Source: Planctomycetota bacterium | GTDB taxonomy: Bacteria > Planctomycetota > MHYJ01 > WSZJ01 | Reading direction: 5' to 3' | NCBI GenBank assembly: GCA_038060895.1 | Contig: JBBTCT010000035.1 | Coordinates: 44,891 to 95,109, forward strand | Length of the DNA: 50,219 nucleotides | Shown here: piece by piece, positions 28,994 to 38,463 of the stretch | Numbering within the stretch: the first letter of the stretch is position 1 | Layout: the number at the start of each line of letters is the position of its first letter | The notes under the pieces: model-generated | What the model was told of the DNA's origin: nothing | Databases searched by the model: none | What the model saw: only the letters and a program-made list of their open reading frames with translations | Position numbers and translations under genes: made by a program

Positions 28994-29461
28994 TCAGATC
29001 TTTGCGTCCGGATCAACCCCAAATTCCGCAGCCCAGCGCCGCGCCTCTTCATTTGATATCTTCGGCTTCTCTATTCCCTCCACCCGCTCCGGGTCGATCT
29101 GCTTCAGAAACTGCACCACGCTCGCCTGTTTCGCGCGAAGCGCCCTGGTGCGTCCTCCCAGCTCCCGGTCGTTCGTGACCACGCAGACTTCGTTCGGCCG
29201 GCCGCTCCTGCGCACCCACTCGACGATCGCGTCGTCCGCCGTTCCTGTGCGAACGTAAACGACCTCCATCTTCCCGCGTCCCTGCACCTCGTCGGTAAGC
29301 CCGGGAGGCGCCTTGGAAGCGTCAAAAAAGACCACGACGGAGTCCTTCAGGCGTCGGCATCGCGTGAGGAGGTCCTCGCGGCGCGCCTCGATGTCCATTT
29401 CCTCCGCGCCATCGACGCGGCCGGCGAACATGACGTTGTAGCCGTCGATCGCCCAGATCAT
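28994..29461 (-). CDS. NYN-domain (YacP-like) ribonuclease
   Basis: MIWAIDGYNV, VFFDA, TADDAI, VVTNDREL; ATGA overlap with pyrC. Confidence 0.85.
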   Translation of the reverse strand: MIWAIDGYNVMFAGRVDGAEEMDIEARREDLLTRCRRLKDSVVVFFDASKAPPGLTDEVQGRGKMEVVYVRTGTADDAIVEWVRRSGRPNEVCVVTNDRELGGRTRALRAKQASVVQFLKQIDPERVEGIEKPKISNEEARRWAAEFGVDPDAKI

Positions 29462-30741
29462 CGGGCTTCCCGGCAAGGCAGCAGCTTCCCCCCGACCAGT
29501 ACCGCCTCCGGCCGCCCCCTCAGCTTCCATCCGTCGAACGGGCAATTGCGCGAGCGGGACTTGAAGGCGGCCGCGTCCACCGTCCACGTCTTCCTCGGGT
29601 CGAAGATCGTGACGTCGGCGTCGGCTCCCGGCGCGAGCGTTCCCTTGGCGAGCCGAAGGATCCGCGCTGGATTGATCGACATGGTTTCGATCGCCTTCGA
29701 CAGCGTGATATGCCCCGGCTCGACGAGAAACGTCATCACCAGGCCCAGCGTCGTCTCGAGGCCGATGACCCCGAACGGCGCTTCGTTGAACTCGAGCTCC
29801 TTCTCTTCCGTCGCATGCGGCGCGTGGTCGCAGGCAATCACGTCGATCGTCCCGTCGCGCAGGCCCTCGATCATCGCCTGTACGTCCGGTCCCTCGCGAA
29901 GCGGCGGGTTCATCTTGTAGACGGAGTCGTACGAACGCACGCGGTCGTCGGTGAGCGTGAAGTGGTGCGGCGTGACCTCGGCCGTGACCCGCACGCCCGC
30001 CGCTTTCCCCGCCCGCACCTGCGCCGCGCTCCCGCGCGTCGAGATGTGTGCCGCGTGGAGGTGCCCGCCGGTCATCTTCGCGAGGATGACGTCCCGCGCG
30101 ATCATCGATTCCTCGGCCGCCGCCGGAATCCCCTCCAGCCCGAGTTCCATCGAGACTTTCCCTTCGTGCATGCAGCCGCAGCCGAACAGGTTCGGGTCCT
30201 CGGAGTGCTGGATGACGCACCGGTCGAACATCGCCGAGTACTCCAGCGCCAGGCGCATCAGCGCCGCGTTGTGGATCGGCGTCCCGTCGTCGCTGAACGC
30301 CACCGCGCCGCCGCGGAACATCTGCCCGATCTCCGCCAGCTCCTCGCCCTTGCGCCCCTTCGACACCGCTCCGATCGGATAGACGTTGGCCAGCCCGGCA
30401 CGGCGCCCCTGCAGGATCGTGAACTCGACCTGCGCTTCCGAGTCGCACGCCGGCTCGGTGTTCGGCATCGCCGCCACGCTCGTGAAACCGCCGGCGATCG
30501 CCGCCGCGCTGCCGGAAGCAATTGTCTCCTCTTCTTCCTTCCCCGGCTCGCGCAGGTGGACGTGCATGTCGATCAGCCCCGGGCACACGACGAGCCCGCG
30601 CGCGTCGAAGGTCTCCGCGGCCTTCGGCGCCTTCTCCCCGACCGAGACGATCTTCCCGTCGCGCACGAACACGTTGGCGATGCCGTCCACGCCGCAGGCG
30701 GGATCGACAACGTGCCCTCCCTTGATCAGCAGCGTCGTCAC
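29458..30741 (-). CDS. pyrC: Dihydroorotase
   Basis: DMHVHLREPG, MPNT, KMNPPLR, DHAPH. Confidence 0.95.
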   Translation of the reverse strand: MTTLLIKGGHVVDPACGVDGIANVFVRDGKIVSVGEKAPKAAETFDARGLVVCPGLIDMHVHLREPGKEEEETIASGSAAAIAGGFTSVAAMPNTEPACDSEAQVEFTILQGRRAGLANVYPIGAVSKGRKGEELAEIGQMFRGGAVAFSDDGTPIHNAALMRLALEYSAMFDRCVIQHSEDPNLFGCGCMHEGKVSMELGLEGIPAAAEESMIARDVILAKMTGGHLHAAHISTRGSAAQVRAGKAAGVRVTAEVTPHHFTLTDDRVRSYDSVYKMNPPLREGPDVQAMIEGLRDGTIDVIACDHAPHATEEKELEFNEAPFGVIGLETTLGLVMTFLVEPGHITLSKAIETMSINPARILRLAKGTLAPGADADVTIFDPRKTWTVDAAAFKSRSRNCPFDGWKLRGRPEAVLVGGKLLPCREAR

Positions 30742-31739
30742 GCTTTTCCCTCCGTCGAGAAGGGCGCGAACCCGGCCGCGCGGTGGAGCACCGCCATCCG
30801 GACCGCGAGGCCATTCGAAACCTGGTCCAGGATGACGCTTCGCGGCCCGTCCGCCACCTCCGGCGTGATCTCAACGCCCCGGTTGAGCGGACCCGGGTGC
30901 ATGACGAGAATGTCCTTCTTCGCCGTATGCAGCCGGGCGGCATTGAGGCCGAAGAGCCTCGCGTACTCGCGGATCGAGGGAAACATCGGCGGCCCCTTGA
31001 TGCGCTCGTGCTGGATCCGCAGCATGTTGACGACGTCGAGGGAGGGAAGCAGGGCGTCGAGGTCGTAGCTGATTTTGACGCCGAAATCGCGCAGCTCGTC
31101 GGGGATGAGCGTAGCCGGCCCGCAGACCCAGACCTCGGCTCCTAGCTTCGTGAGAGCCCACACGTTCGAGCGCGCGACGCGCGAGTGCAGGATGTCGCCC
31201 ACGATCGCAACGCGCAGCCCTTCGATCTTCCCCTTGTGCTGCAGGATCGTGTCGGCGTCCAGCAGCCCCTGGGTCGGGTGCTCGTGCGCCCCGTCCCCCG
31301 CGTTGACCACCGCGGACTTCACCTGCCGCGTGAGCAGCTCCGGCGCGCCCGAGGAAGGGTGGCGCACCACGAGCACGTCGATTGCCATCGCTTCGATGTT
31401 GAGCGCCGTGTCGACCAGCGTCTCGCCCTTCGAGAGCGAGGACGACCCCGCTGCGAAGTCGAGCGTGTCGGCGCCGAGGCGCCGGGCAGCGAGGTTGAAT
31501 GAGACCTTCGTGCGCGTCGAAGGCTCCACGAACATCGTGACGACGAGGCGGCCCTTGAGAAGCGCTGACTTGCGGGAGTTGGAGGTCGCGAGTTCCCGGT
31601 AGGCCGCCGCCTGCTTGAGAAGAAGGCGGATTTCGTCCGCGGAGAGCTCCTGGAGGCCCAGTAAGTGGCGCGACGACCAGGCAGGTGAGGAAGAGGCGGC
31701 CGGTTTCGATGCGGGGGTCGTCGCTCGGGTGCGGGGCAT
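30738..31739 (-). CDS. pyrB: Aspartate carbamoyltransferase catalytic subunit
   Basis: EPSTRT, HEHPTQGLLD, GDILHSRV, MHPGPLNRG. Confidence 0.95.
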   Translation of the reverse strand: MPRTRATTPASKPAASSSPAWSSRHLLGLQELSADEIRLLLKQAAAYRELATSNSRKSALLKGRLVVTMFVEPSTRTKVSFNLAARRLGADTLDFAAGSSSLSKGETLVDTALNIEAMAIDVLVVRHPSSGAPELLTRQVKSAVVNAGDGAHEHPTQGLLDADTILQHKGKIEGLRVAIVGDILHSRVARSNVWALTKLGAEVWVCGPATLIPDELRDFGVKISYDLDALLPSLDVVNMLRIQHERIKGPPMFPSIREYARLFGLNAARLHTAKKDILVMHPGPLNRGVEITPEVADGPRSVILDQVSNGLAVRMAVLHRAAGFAPFSTEGKA

Positions 31740-31752
31740 CGAGTCGCGAAGG

Positions 31753-32757
31753 TTACGCGAGCGGGGACGCGCGGTCAATCTGAACGATCGCCCTGATGTG
31801 TTCCGGCCTGAAAGGGCCCGGTCTCGCGTCGGCGGGACAGGGGAGCCCGAGCGCGCCCAGCACTGATTGACGCAGTGCGTCAAGTCCCTCGCCCGTCGCC
31901 CCCGAAACCGCTAGCGCTCCCGGGATCACCCGCCCAAGGTCGCTCTTCCCTGAGAGCCGCAGTTCCGCCCTCCCCGCAGGCGGCGCCGGCGCCGCCGGGT
32001 CCTCCAGCCAGACCACGAGGTCCGCGGCCTCCGCTGCTTCCCGCGCCCGGGCCTCCGCTTCGCCGTCGATGCCGGCAAGCCCCGCCGTGTCCACCAGCCG
32101 CACCGGATAGCCCTCGAAGTCGGCAATCGCTTCCACCGGGTCGCGCGTCGTTCCGGCCTGCGGGTGGACGAGGGCGCGGTCCCGGCCGCAGAGCGCGTTC
32201 AGGAGCGTGGACTTGCCGGCGTTGGGGGGGCCGGCGATCGCGATCGTGCGCGGGAACGCCAGCGCTGCTCCGGCGGCGGCCCGGGCGAGAAGCGCGCGCA
32301 GGCGGGCCGGATCCCGGGATTCGATCTCGCGGGTGAGCGCCCCGTCTGCCGCGGCCGCCAGGAACATGGCGGCGGGAAGCGTCGCGGCGCGGGGGAGAAG
32401 GGCCGCGGCGTCGGCCTCGATCGAACCCGGCGGCGCGACCGCGAATTCTGTCCGGATGCCGGCGCGTCGAAGCGCGCGCAACACCGCCGCCGTCGCGGCG
32501 GCGCCTCCATGGAGGCCGATCTCCAGACGGCCTCCGGCACGCCAGGCCAGCGCTTCGTCCAGCCGGCGCCCGTCTTCCACGAGCCATCCCCGCGCAATTT
32601 CGCCCTCGGCCGGCGCGCCGCGCCCGCCCAGAAGGCGCACCAGCACCGCTTCCGCTCCCCTGAGCGCGATCACCGCAATCCCGCCCTCACCGGGCGACGT
32701 GAGGAGGCGCGCTACCGCGGGACGCGGTTCGCCGCCGGGTCGTGTGGCTGGGTGCAT
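31753..32757 (-). CDS. Short MnmE/TrmE-like GTPase
   Basis: TSPGEGGIAVI, LHGG, GPPNAGKS, GTTRD, DTAG; reduced helical domain, no C-terminal FCxGK; start uncertain. Confidence 0.78.
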   Translation of the reverse strand: MHPATRPGGEPRPAVARLLTSPGEGGIAVIALRGAEAVLVRLLGGRGAPAEGEIARGWLVEDGRRLDEALAWRAGGRLEIGLHGGAAATAAVLRALRRAGIRTEFAVAPPGSIEADAAALLPRAATLPAAMFLAAAADGALTREIESRDPARLRALLARAAAGAALAFPRTIAIAGPPNAGKSTLLNALCGRDRALVHPQAGTTRDPVEAIADFEGYPVRLVDTAGLAGIDGEAEARAREAAEAADLVVWLEDPAAPAPPAGRAELRLSGKSDLGRVIPGALAVSGATGEGLDALRQSVLGALGLPCPADARPGPFRPEHIRAIVQIDRASPLA

Positions 32758-34214
32758 GTCGCGAATTTCAGGTACGTCGCGAAAACGAAATCCGGATCGC
32801 GCGTTTCGGAGTGGCAGGTCCGGCACAGTCCGTCGGTCATTCGCGGAAACTTCGCGCCGCCGGGATGTTTCGCGACCGGCGTGTGGCAGCTCTCGCACTG
32901 CACGCCGCGGAAGGGCGCGGTGTCCTCGATCCGCCGCGTTCCTCCCGGCTGAAGAAAACCCGACACGTGGCACGACACGCACTCCGGGTCCTGCGCCCCG
33001 CCGTCGGGGTCCGCGACCAGCGAATCCCAGGCGTGGGAGTGAATCGTCGATTTCCAGTTCGCGAGCTGCTCCTTGTGGCAGGCTCCGCACGCCTCCGCCC
33101 CCACATATTGCGGCGCTTTCGGATCGTCCGGCGCCGCAGCCAGCGCCGCGCCCCTCGACCACGCCTTGTACTCCTCGATCCGCTTCAGCACCTCCGGGTC
33201 GCCCAACTGGCTGGAGGAGAGGCGCCTCGACTTGAACTCCACCAGGCTGCACTTCGCTGCGGCCATCGCTTCTTCTTCCAGCCGCGTCCCCGCGCGCACT
33301 GCCGCCTCGTAGCGGTCCATCTTGTACCAGTTCGGCGCATCGCGCTTCAGGTACAGCTCCGCCGTCATGAATTCCGTCCCTCTAGCAGGCGGCTTGGTGA
33401 GGATCGTCCGGGACACGGATGAAGCGCCCCTCACGCGAAACATGCCGTCCCCGTCGATGACGATTCGCGGCGGCCCGTCCGTTTCCGCGAGGCGCTTCAT
33501 GAGCGCGTCGTCAAAGCGGTGGCAGCAGGCCAGCAGCACGTCGACCTTCCCCGCCGCCGCAAGTGCCGCGTCCAGCGCGGCGATCGGCTCCGTGACGCTG
33601 GCGCCCTCGATGCCGGTGACCGCGCGGGGACCGAAGAGATTGACCGCGACGAAGCGATACCCGGCGATTTCCCACGCGATGTACGGGACCGTTTTGACGG
33701 CCGGGTCGGCGAAACGGACGTTGGTTGCGATCGGCACGAACCCGCGCGTCTCAAACAACACCGACGCGGCAGCGGGTCCCACGAGGAAGTCGAGGTCTCC
33801 CAGCGCAACCGCTTCCGGGCGCGCCACCTTCAGGAAATCGGCCATCAGCTCCGACTTCTTCACCGTCTGCCCGGTCATCGCCCCGCGCCGCTTTGCATCG
33901 GCGCTGATCAGCGTGTCCCCCGCGTCGATCGCGGCGACGTTCGGCGACTTCGCGCGGGCTTCCTTGATTGCGGCCGCCACACGGGCGATGCCGCCGATCT
34001 TTTCCCCGTGTCAGCCGCACGGGAATATCTCGGCCATGAGCCGTCCCGAGATCACGAGCGTCACGTGGTCGCGCTTCGCAGCCAGCTCCTGCATGAGCTT
34101 CGGGTGCGCCTTCACCGTCTCTCCTTCGTCCTCCGCGCGGAACGCGAAGTAGCCTCCGATCCCCAGCCCGGCGAGGGCGAGAACGGCCACGGAGATCAAA
34201 AGGGGGCGGCGCAT
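32712..34214 (-). CDS. UshA/5'-nucleotidase-like (CGU) selenoprotein fused to a tetraheme cytochrome c
   Basis: N-terminal TM/signal; AEIFPCG-TGA(34011-34013)-HGEKIGGIARVA, IDAGD; CGACH, CVSCH, CESCH, CRTCH. Confidence 0.88.
33970..33994 (-). promoter_or_regulatory. Candidate bacterial SECIS hairpin
   Basis: GCGGC-AU-CGCC-CGUGU-GGCG-GCCGC, loop 27 nt 3' of the UGA. Confidence 0.55.
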
Positions 34215-34318
34215 CAGCGGCATGGTAAACGGAGTTCGGCGGGAAGGGCATCTCTCCTCGTAGCACATCCGGTAGCATGGAGCTACAAGGCGCTCTCTGT
34301 GGATGGGGCTAACACGCC

Positions 34319-35101
34319 ATGCGCGTCGCCTTCGGATTGGCACTCGTAGGGACGGGGATCGTGGTGGGCGTCGCAACCACGCTGTCCGTTCTGCGGACCG
34401 TCGAGGACAGTCGTCCGCCGTCAGCTGCATCGAGTCCCGAGATCATTCCCCCGATGGCCAAGGTTCCATGTTCTGCAATCGTCTCCTTTGATAATGGTGG
34501 TAAAGGAACACCAGCCAGACTTCTTCGCACTCCCGACTTACCCCTACCATTTACTTCAGCGGAAGTTCTCGGGGGTCTGGAAGAAGCAATCCGTCGAGGG
34601 CGAGATGGACCGGAATGGGACGTGCGACCGGATCGTCGCGGGTTGGGCAAATTCCTGAATGGGGATGACTTGAAGCAGGTTTCTGCAATTCTCGAGGATG
34701 AGGACCTCAGGATCCAGGCGGTGCTGGAGAACTACGTTGCCAGCCATCCGGAGCCCGGAACGGAGAACCTGCCCATGACCTGCTGCGATTCTCTACGGAT
34801 TGTGATTGGAACTTCAGCCATCGGCGCAGGCGTTTCTGGACTTGCGGACCTTCCGTCCGAGGTGGCCGAAGCCGTTCGCGAGGGAAAGCTGTCGATCGGG
34901 GAAGCGCTCGGATTGGAAGCTCCCCTCGCCATGCTCGCCGAGTCCCTGCATCGCGCTCGCAGTGAGACGTATCGCAAGGTCGAAAACAAGATCTCTGAAA
35001 AGGGTGCCGCCCGTTTCAGAAAGTGGCTTCCCGAGGGAATTTTCATCGGTTCCCGCTGCGCACTCGATCTCGGCAGGGCACCCAGTCCACCTCGCCGCTA
35101 G
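34319..35101 (+). CDS. Hypothetical membrane-anchored protein
   Basis: N-terminal hydrophobic helix; fills the gap; visibly lower GC than neighbours. Confidence 0.6.
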   Translation: MRVAFGLALVGTGIVVGVATTLSVLRTVEDSRPPSAASSPEIIPPMAKVPCSAIVSFDNGGKGTPARLLRTPDLPLPFTSAEVLGGLEEAIRRGRDGPEWDVRPDRRGLGKFLNGDDLKQVSAILEDEDLRIQAVLENYVASHPEPGTENLPMTCCDSLRIVIGTSAIGAGVSGLADLPSEVAEAVREGKLSIGEALGLEAPLAMLAESLHRARSETYRKVENKISEKGAARFRKWLPEGIFIGSRCALDLGRAPSPPRR

Positions 35102-35862
35102 GCCTTATTCCTTTCCGCCGCCCGCCACGCGTGCAGCAGGCCGGCCAGCGTCAGCTCCGGAACGACCTCGTGAATCTCGGGAAGGTGCGGCGCCAGCAGG
35201 GGCGCGTCGCCTCCCGTGGCCAGGACGCGCGCGCTTCCGCCGACCGCATCGGAGAGTTGGCGGATGATGTGGCGCGCGGCGCCGACGGTGCCGTGGAAGA
35301 GGCCGACGGACATCGCGTGCCCGGTCGAGCGGCCGACAGGGTCGGCGCAGGGCGCGGGGTCGACGAGCGGAAGCTGGGCGCACTTTTCGTGAAGCGCTGC
35401 GGCCTGGATGTGCAGGCCGGGACCGATCGATCCGCCGAGGAACTCGCCCTTCGCACTCACGGCGTCGATCACGATGGCGGTGCCGAAGGAGGCGACGACC
35501 GTCGCGCCGCGCGTCCGGCGGTGAGCTTCCCAGGCGTTGATCAGCCGGTCGATTCCGACCTTTGCGGGTTGCTGGACGCGCGCCCGGATCGGGATCGCGA
35601 AGTCACGTCCTGCGCGTTTCGGCTCTATCCGGAAGACCTTCTTCACGAACGACGCCAGCGACGCGTCGATCTTCGGGCGGACCGACGCCATCAGCACGAG
35701 CTCGACGCTGGAGACGACCTTGGACCCCTTCAGGCGCTTCCAGAGGGAGAGAATCTCCTCGATGCGGGAGGTGGGGATGCGCTCCTTGAAGAGGAAGCGG
35801 TCTTCGTCGTCGAAGAACCCGAAGTCGATGTTGGTGTTGCCGATATCGGCGCAGATGATCAT
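35098..35862 (-). CDS. coaX: Type III pantothenate kinase
   Basis: DIGNTN, KVGIDR, SFGTA, GGSIGPG, ATGGDA. Confidence 0.93.
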   Translation of the reverse strand: MIICADIGNTNIDFGFFDDEDRFLFKERIPTSRIEEILSLWKRLKGSKVVSSVELVLMASVRPKIDASLASFVKKVFRIEPKRAGRDFAIPIRARVQQPAKVGIDRLINAWEAHRRTRGATVVASFGTAIVIDAVSAKGEFLGGSIGPGLHIQAAALHEKCAQLPLVDPAPCADPVGRSTGHAMSVGLFHGTVGAARHIIRQLSDAVGGSARVLATGGDAPLLAPHLPEIHEVVPELTLAGLLHAWRAAERNKA

Positions 35863-35927
35863 GAGGAGTGATCCATCGTACGGCAGGCGGCGAGCGCTGC
35901 CACGGGGAAGCCGAGTCGCCGCTCGCG

Positions 35928-36827
35928 CTACTTCTCCGCGACTTTGAACACCATCTCGATCGGACGCCCTGCGCGCTCGACGGTGATCGTGACCGACCCC
36001 TTCTTTTCGAATTCCGCGCTCGATGTCATTTTCTTGATGTCGTCAACGCTCGTCAGGGCCTGCCCCTCGACCGACCTGACGACGTCCCCTTTCTGGAAGC
36101 CCCGCTCTGCGGCAAAGGAACCAGGCGTCAGGTCATCCAGGACGAGTCCTGCAATCTCTCCGCCCTCGCTGGCGAAGGGGCGCAGCGTCACTTGCCCGAG
36201 AAGCGAGTCGAAGTTTTTCCCCGCGAACTCAAATTCGCGCGGGTCAACTTCCCAGTCAATGCGCTTGTCCGTCTCCCCGGTCTTCTTCGTCTTGAATTCG
36301 CCGGGGCTCGACGGGTCCTTCGGCCCCTTGGGGACTCTCGGGGTCGCGCCCTTCATCGTCAGCGCCGCGCGCTTGGTGAAGATTTCGAGGTCTTTGCCGC
36401 CGTCGTCGAACACGACGCTGGCTGACCGGATTTCCTTCACGCGCGCTCCCAGCACCGAATCGCCTTCCTTGACCTTCTGCTGTTCGCCGCCCGAGAGAAT
36501 GTTGATGAACGCCATCGATTTTTTCCGTTCGGCCGTCTTCATCACGCCGGCGACCTCGATTTTCGTCTCCAGGCCGCTGGGCCCGGCGGTCGCCTTGACC
36601 GTTACGTCCCCCAGCCGCGCCGCCCACATCGGTGCGAACTTTCCGCGGTCAACGGGGCCTTCGATCTTCGCAGGCGCGCGTTCCCATTTCTTCACCAGCC
36701 CCGCATACCCGCTCGCTGGCTTGTGAGGGGGAAAGAGGATGTACACGAACGCGAACAGGAAGATCCCGAAGGCCGCAATGAAGTTGAGGCCCCAGGTGAG
36801 GTTTGTTGCGATGGCGATGCGTTTCAT
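35928..36827 (-). CDS. GspC-like type II secretion protein with C-terminal PDZ
   Basis: N-terminal TM, HR-like segment KVKEGDSVLGARVKEI, PDZ GFQKGDVVRSVEG...ITVERAG. Confidence 0.75.
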   Translation of the reverse strand: MKRIAIATNLTWGLNFIAAFGIFLFAFVYILFPPHKPASGYAGLVKKWERAPAKIEGPVDRGKFAPMWAARLGDVTVKATAGPSGLETKIEVAGVMKTAERKKSMAFINILSGGEQQKVKEGDSVLGARVKEIRSASVVFDDGGKDLEIFTKRAALTMKGATPRVPKGPKDPSSPGEFKTKKTGETDKRIDWEVDPREFEFAGKNFDSLLGQVTLRPFASEGGEIAGLVLDDLTPGSFAAERGFQKGDVVRSVEGQALTSVDDIKKMTSSAEFEKKGSVTITVERAGRPIEMVFKVAEK

Positions 36828-37261
36828 TTGTCGAAGCGAGCGATCTTAAGCTGAGTCGAGGCGTTGCCATAGCTGAACGTGGCGGTGCTGGGGGCGAGAC
36901 CAGTGAGGAGGGTGTTCCCGAAACGATCGCCGAGGCGGACGAGCGATTGGCCAGCGGGGCTGTCGACAACTGCCCAGCAGTTCGAAGGGTTGGGAGAGAT
37001 GGTGGTGCCCGCGAGGAAAAAGTCGGGGCGAGGAATCTTTTCGATGATGCAAGACGGGCCGCCCAGGGGCGTCGTCCAGATCGAACTGACGTTCGGCGGA
37101 GGCGGAGGGGGCGGAAGAGGGCGCGTGCCCGGGTCCCTGTACGCGAGCCGCGACTTTGCCTGGGGAAACGCCAGGAACGCGAGTCCGTACACAAACGCTA
37201 CGGCCGCGACCAACCCCGCCGCCGCAACGCACGCACTTCTCATCGCCGCAATCCGCTTCAT
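36824..37261 (-). CDS. Small membrane-anchored protein (GspC/PilP-like)
   Basis: TM helix, poly-Pro linker, short beta domain; ATGA overlaps on both sides. Confidence 0.65.
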   Translation of the reverse strand: MKRIAAMRSACVAAAGLVAAVAFVYGLAFLAFPQAKSRLAYRDPGTRPLPPPPPPPNVSSIWTTPLGGPSCIIEKIPRPDFFLAGTTISPNPSNCWAVVDSPAGQSLVRLGDRFGNTLLTGLAPSTATFSYGNASTQLKIARFDK

Positions 37262-38376
37262 GACGTCCTCCCGATCCTGAGATCCGTGTCCCCGGCCATC
37301 TTCGCCGTTCCCGTGCCGATGCCTTTCATCTCGAGCTTCAGCTCTTCCGGGTGGTCCGACGCGCCCAGTGCTTCGTCCGAGGAGATCACCCCGGCATCGA
37401 CGAGTCCCTTGAGGCTCTGGTTGAAGGTCTGGGTCCCGAAGTAGCCGCCGGCGGTGAGGGCCTTGGGGATTTCGGCGAAGCGGCCCTTGGCGAGCAGGTC
37501 GTGCAGCGTGGGCGTCCGGACGAGAATCTCCGCAGCGGGCACGCGCCCGCGGCCGTCGGCGCGGGGAAGGAGGCGCTGCGAGATGATGCCCTCGAGCTGC
37601 ATCGCGAGCTGGTTGCGGATGAATTCGTGCTGGTGGGGCGGGAAGAAGTTGAGGATGCGCTCGACGGTCTGCGCGGCGTTGCGAGTATGGAGCGTCGTGA
37701 GCACGAGGTGGCCGGTTTCGGCGGCATGGAGTGCCGCTTCAATCGTTTCGCGGTCGCGCAGCTCGCCGATCATGATGACGTCCGGCGACTGCCGCACGAC
37801 GGCTCGCAGCGCGGCTTCGTACGTCAGCGTGTCGATCCCGAGTTCACGCTGCTCGACGAGCGATTTTCCGTCGATGAACACGTACTCGATCGGGTCCTCG
37901 ATCGTCACGACGTGCTTCGGCGCCGTCGCAACGATGTGACCGATCATCGCCGCCAGAGTCGTCGATTTCCCCGACCCGGTCGTCCCCGTGACCAGAACGA
38001 TCCCGCGCGACAGCCCCGCAAGCTTTTCCAGCGCCTTCAGCGGCAACCCCAGCGAATCAAGCGCCGGGATCACCTTGTTCACGCGCCTGAACACCATCCC
38101 GAGCGCGCCGCGCTGACGGAACGCGTTGCACCGGAACCGCCCGACTCCCGCGATCTCGCACGCGGTGTCCGCTTCGCCCCGCTCCGCGAACGCTGCCTGC
38201 GTCCGGGACGATGCGATTTCCTTGAGCAGGGCTTCGGCGAATTCGGAGGTGACGGCGGGGAGGGTAAGCGCCTTGAGTTTTCCTGACACGCGCAGCATCG
38301 GCGGGGCCCCGACCTTGACGAACAGGTCGGACGATTCCTCGCGGACGGCGATCTCGAAAAGCTCTCGGCTGGTCAT
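37258..38376 (-). CDS. PilT/PilU-family type IV pilus ATPase
   Basis: GTTGSGKST, TIEDPIE, PDVIMIGELRD, AETGHLVLTTLH; lacks the AIRNLIRE motif, so PilU-like. Confidence 0.92.
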   Translation of the reverse strand: MTSRELFEIAVREESSDLFVKVGAPPMLRVSGKLKALTLPAVTSEFAEALLKEIASSRTQAAFAERGEADTACEIAGVGRFRCNAFRQRGALGMVFRRVNKVIPALDSLGLPLKALEKLAGLSRGIVLVTGTTGSGKSTTLAAMIGHIVATAPKHVVTIEDPIEYVFIDGKSLVEQRELGIDTLTYEAALRAVVRQSPDVIMIGELRDRETIEAALHAAETGHLVLTTLHTRNAAQTVERILNFFPPHQHEFIRNQLAMQLEGIISQRLLPRADGRGRVPAAEILVRTPTLHDLLAKGRFAEIPKALTAGGYFGTQTFNQSLKGLVDAGVISSDEALGASDHPEELKLEMKGIGTGTAKMAGDTDLRIGRTS

Positions 38377-38463
38377 GGATCTCCCTGGGGCGTGCCGACA
38401 CCGGTGGCGGACGGCCGGACATGAATTGAACGACGGGCGGCGCCAGGAGTTGGGTGAGGCCGA

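Noticed and set aside
28994-30943. 649-aa ORF and similarly extended starts (520, 9656, 13096, 25801, 27667, 31883, 33252, 46022, 50071)
   Set aside because: The N-terminal extensions overlap neighbouring genes or lack family similarity; shorter starts were chosen from homology, SD or overlap patterns.
18377-34214. Pseudogene or alternative-code reading of the three internal TGAs
   Set aside because: Each TGA is at a Cys-type position with a downstream hairpin and intact flanks; TGA still ends many genes, including ATGA overlaps.
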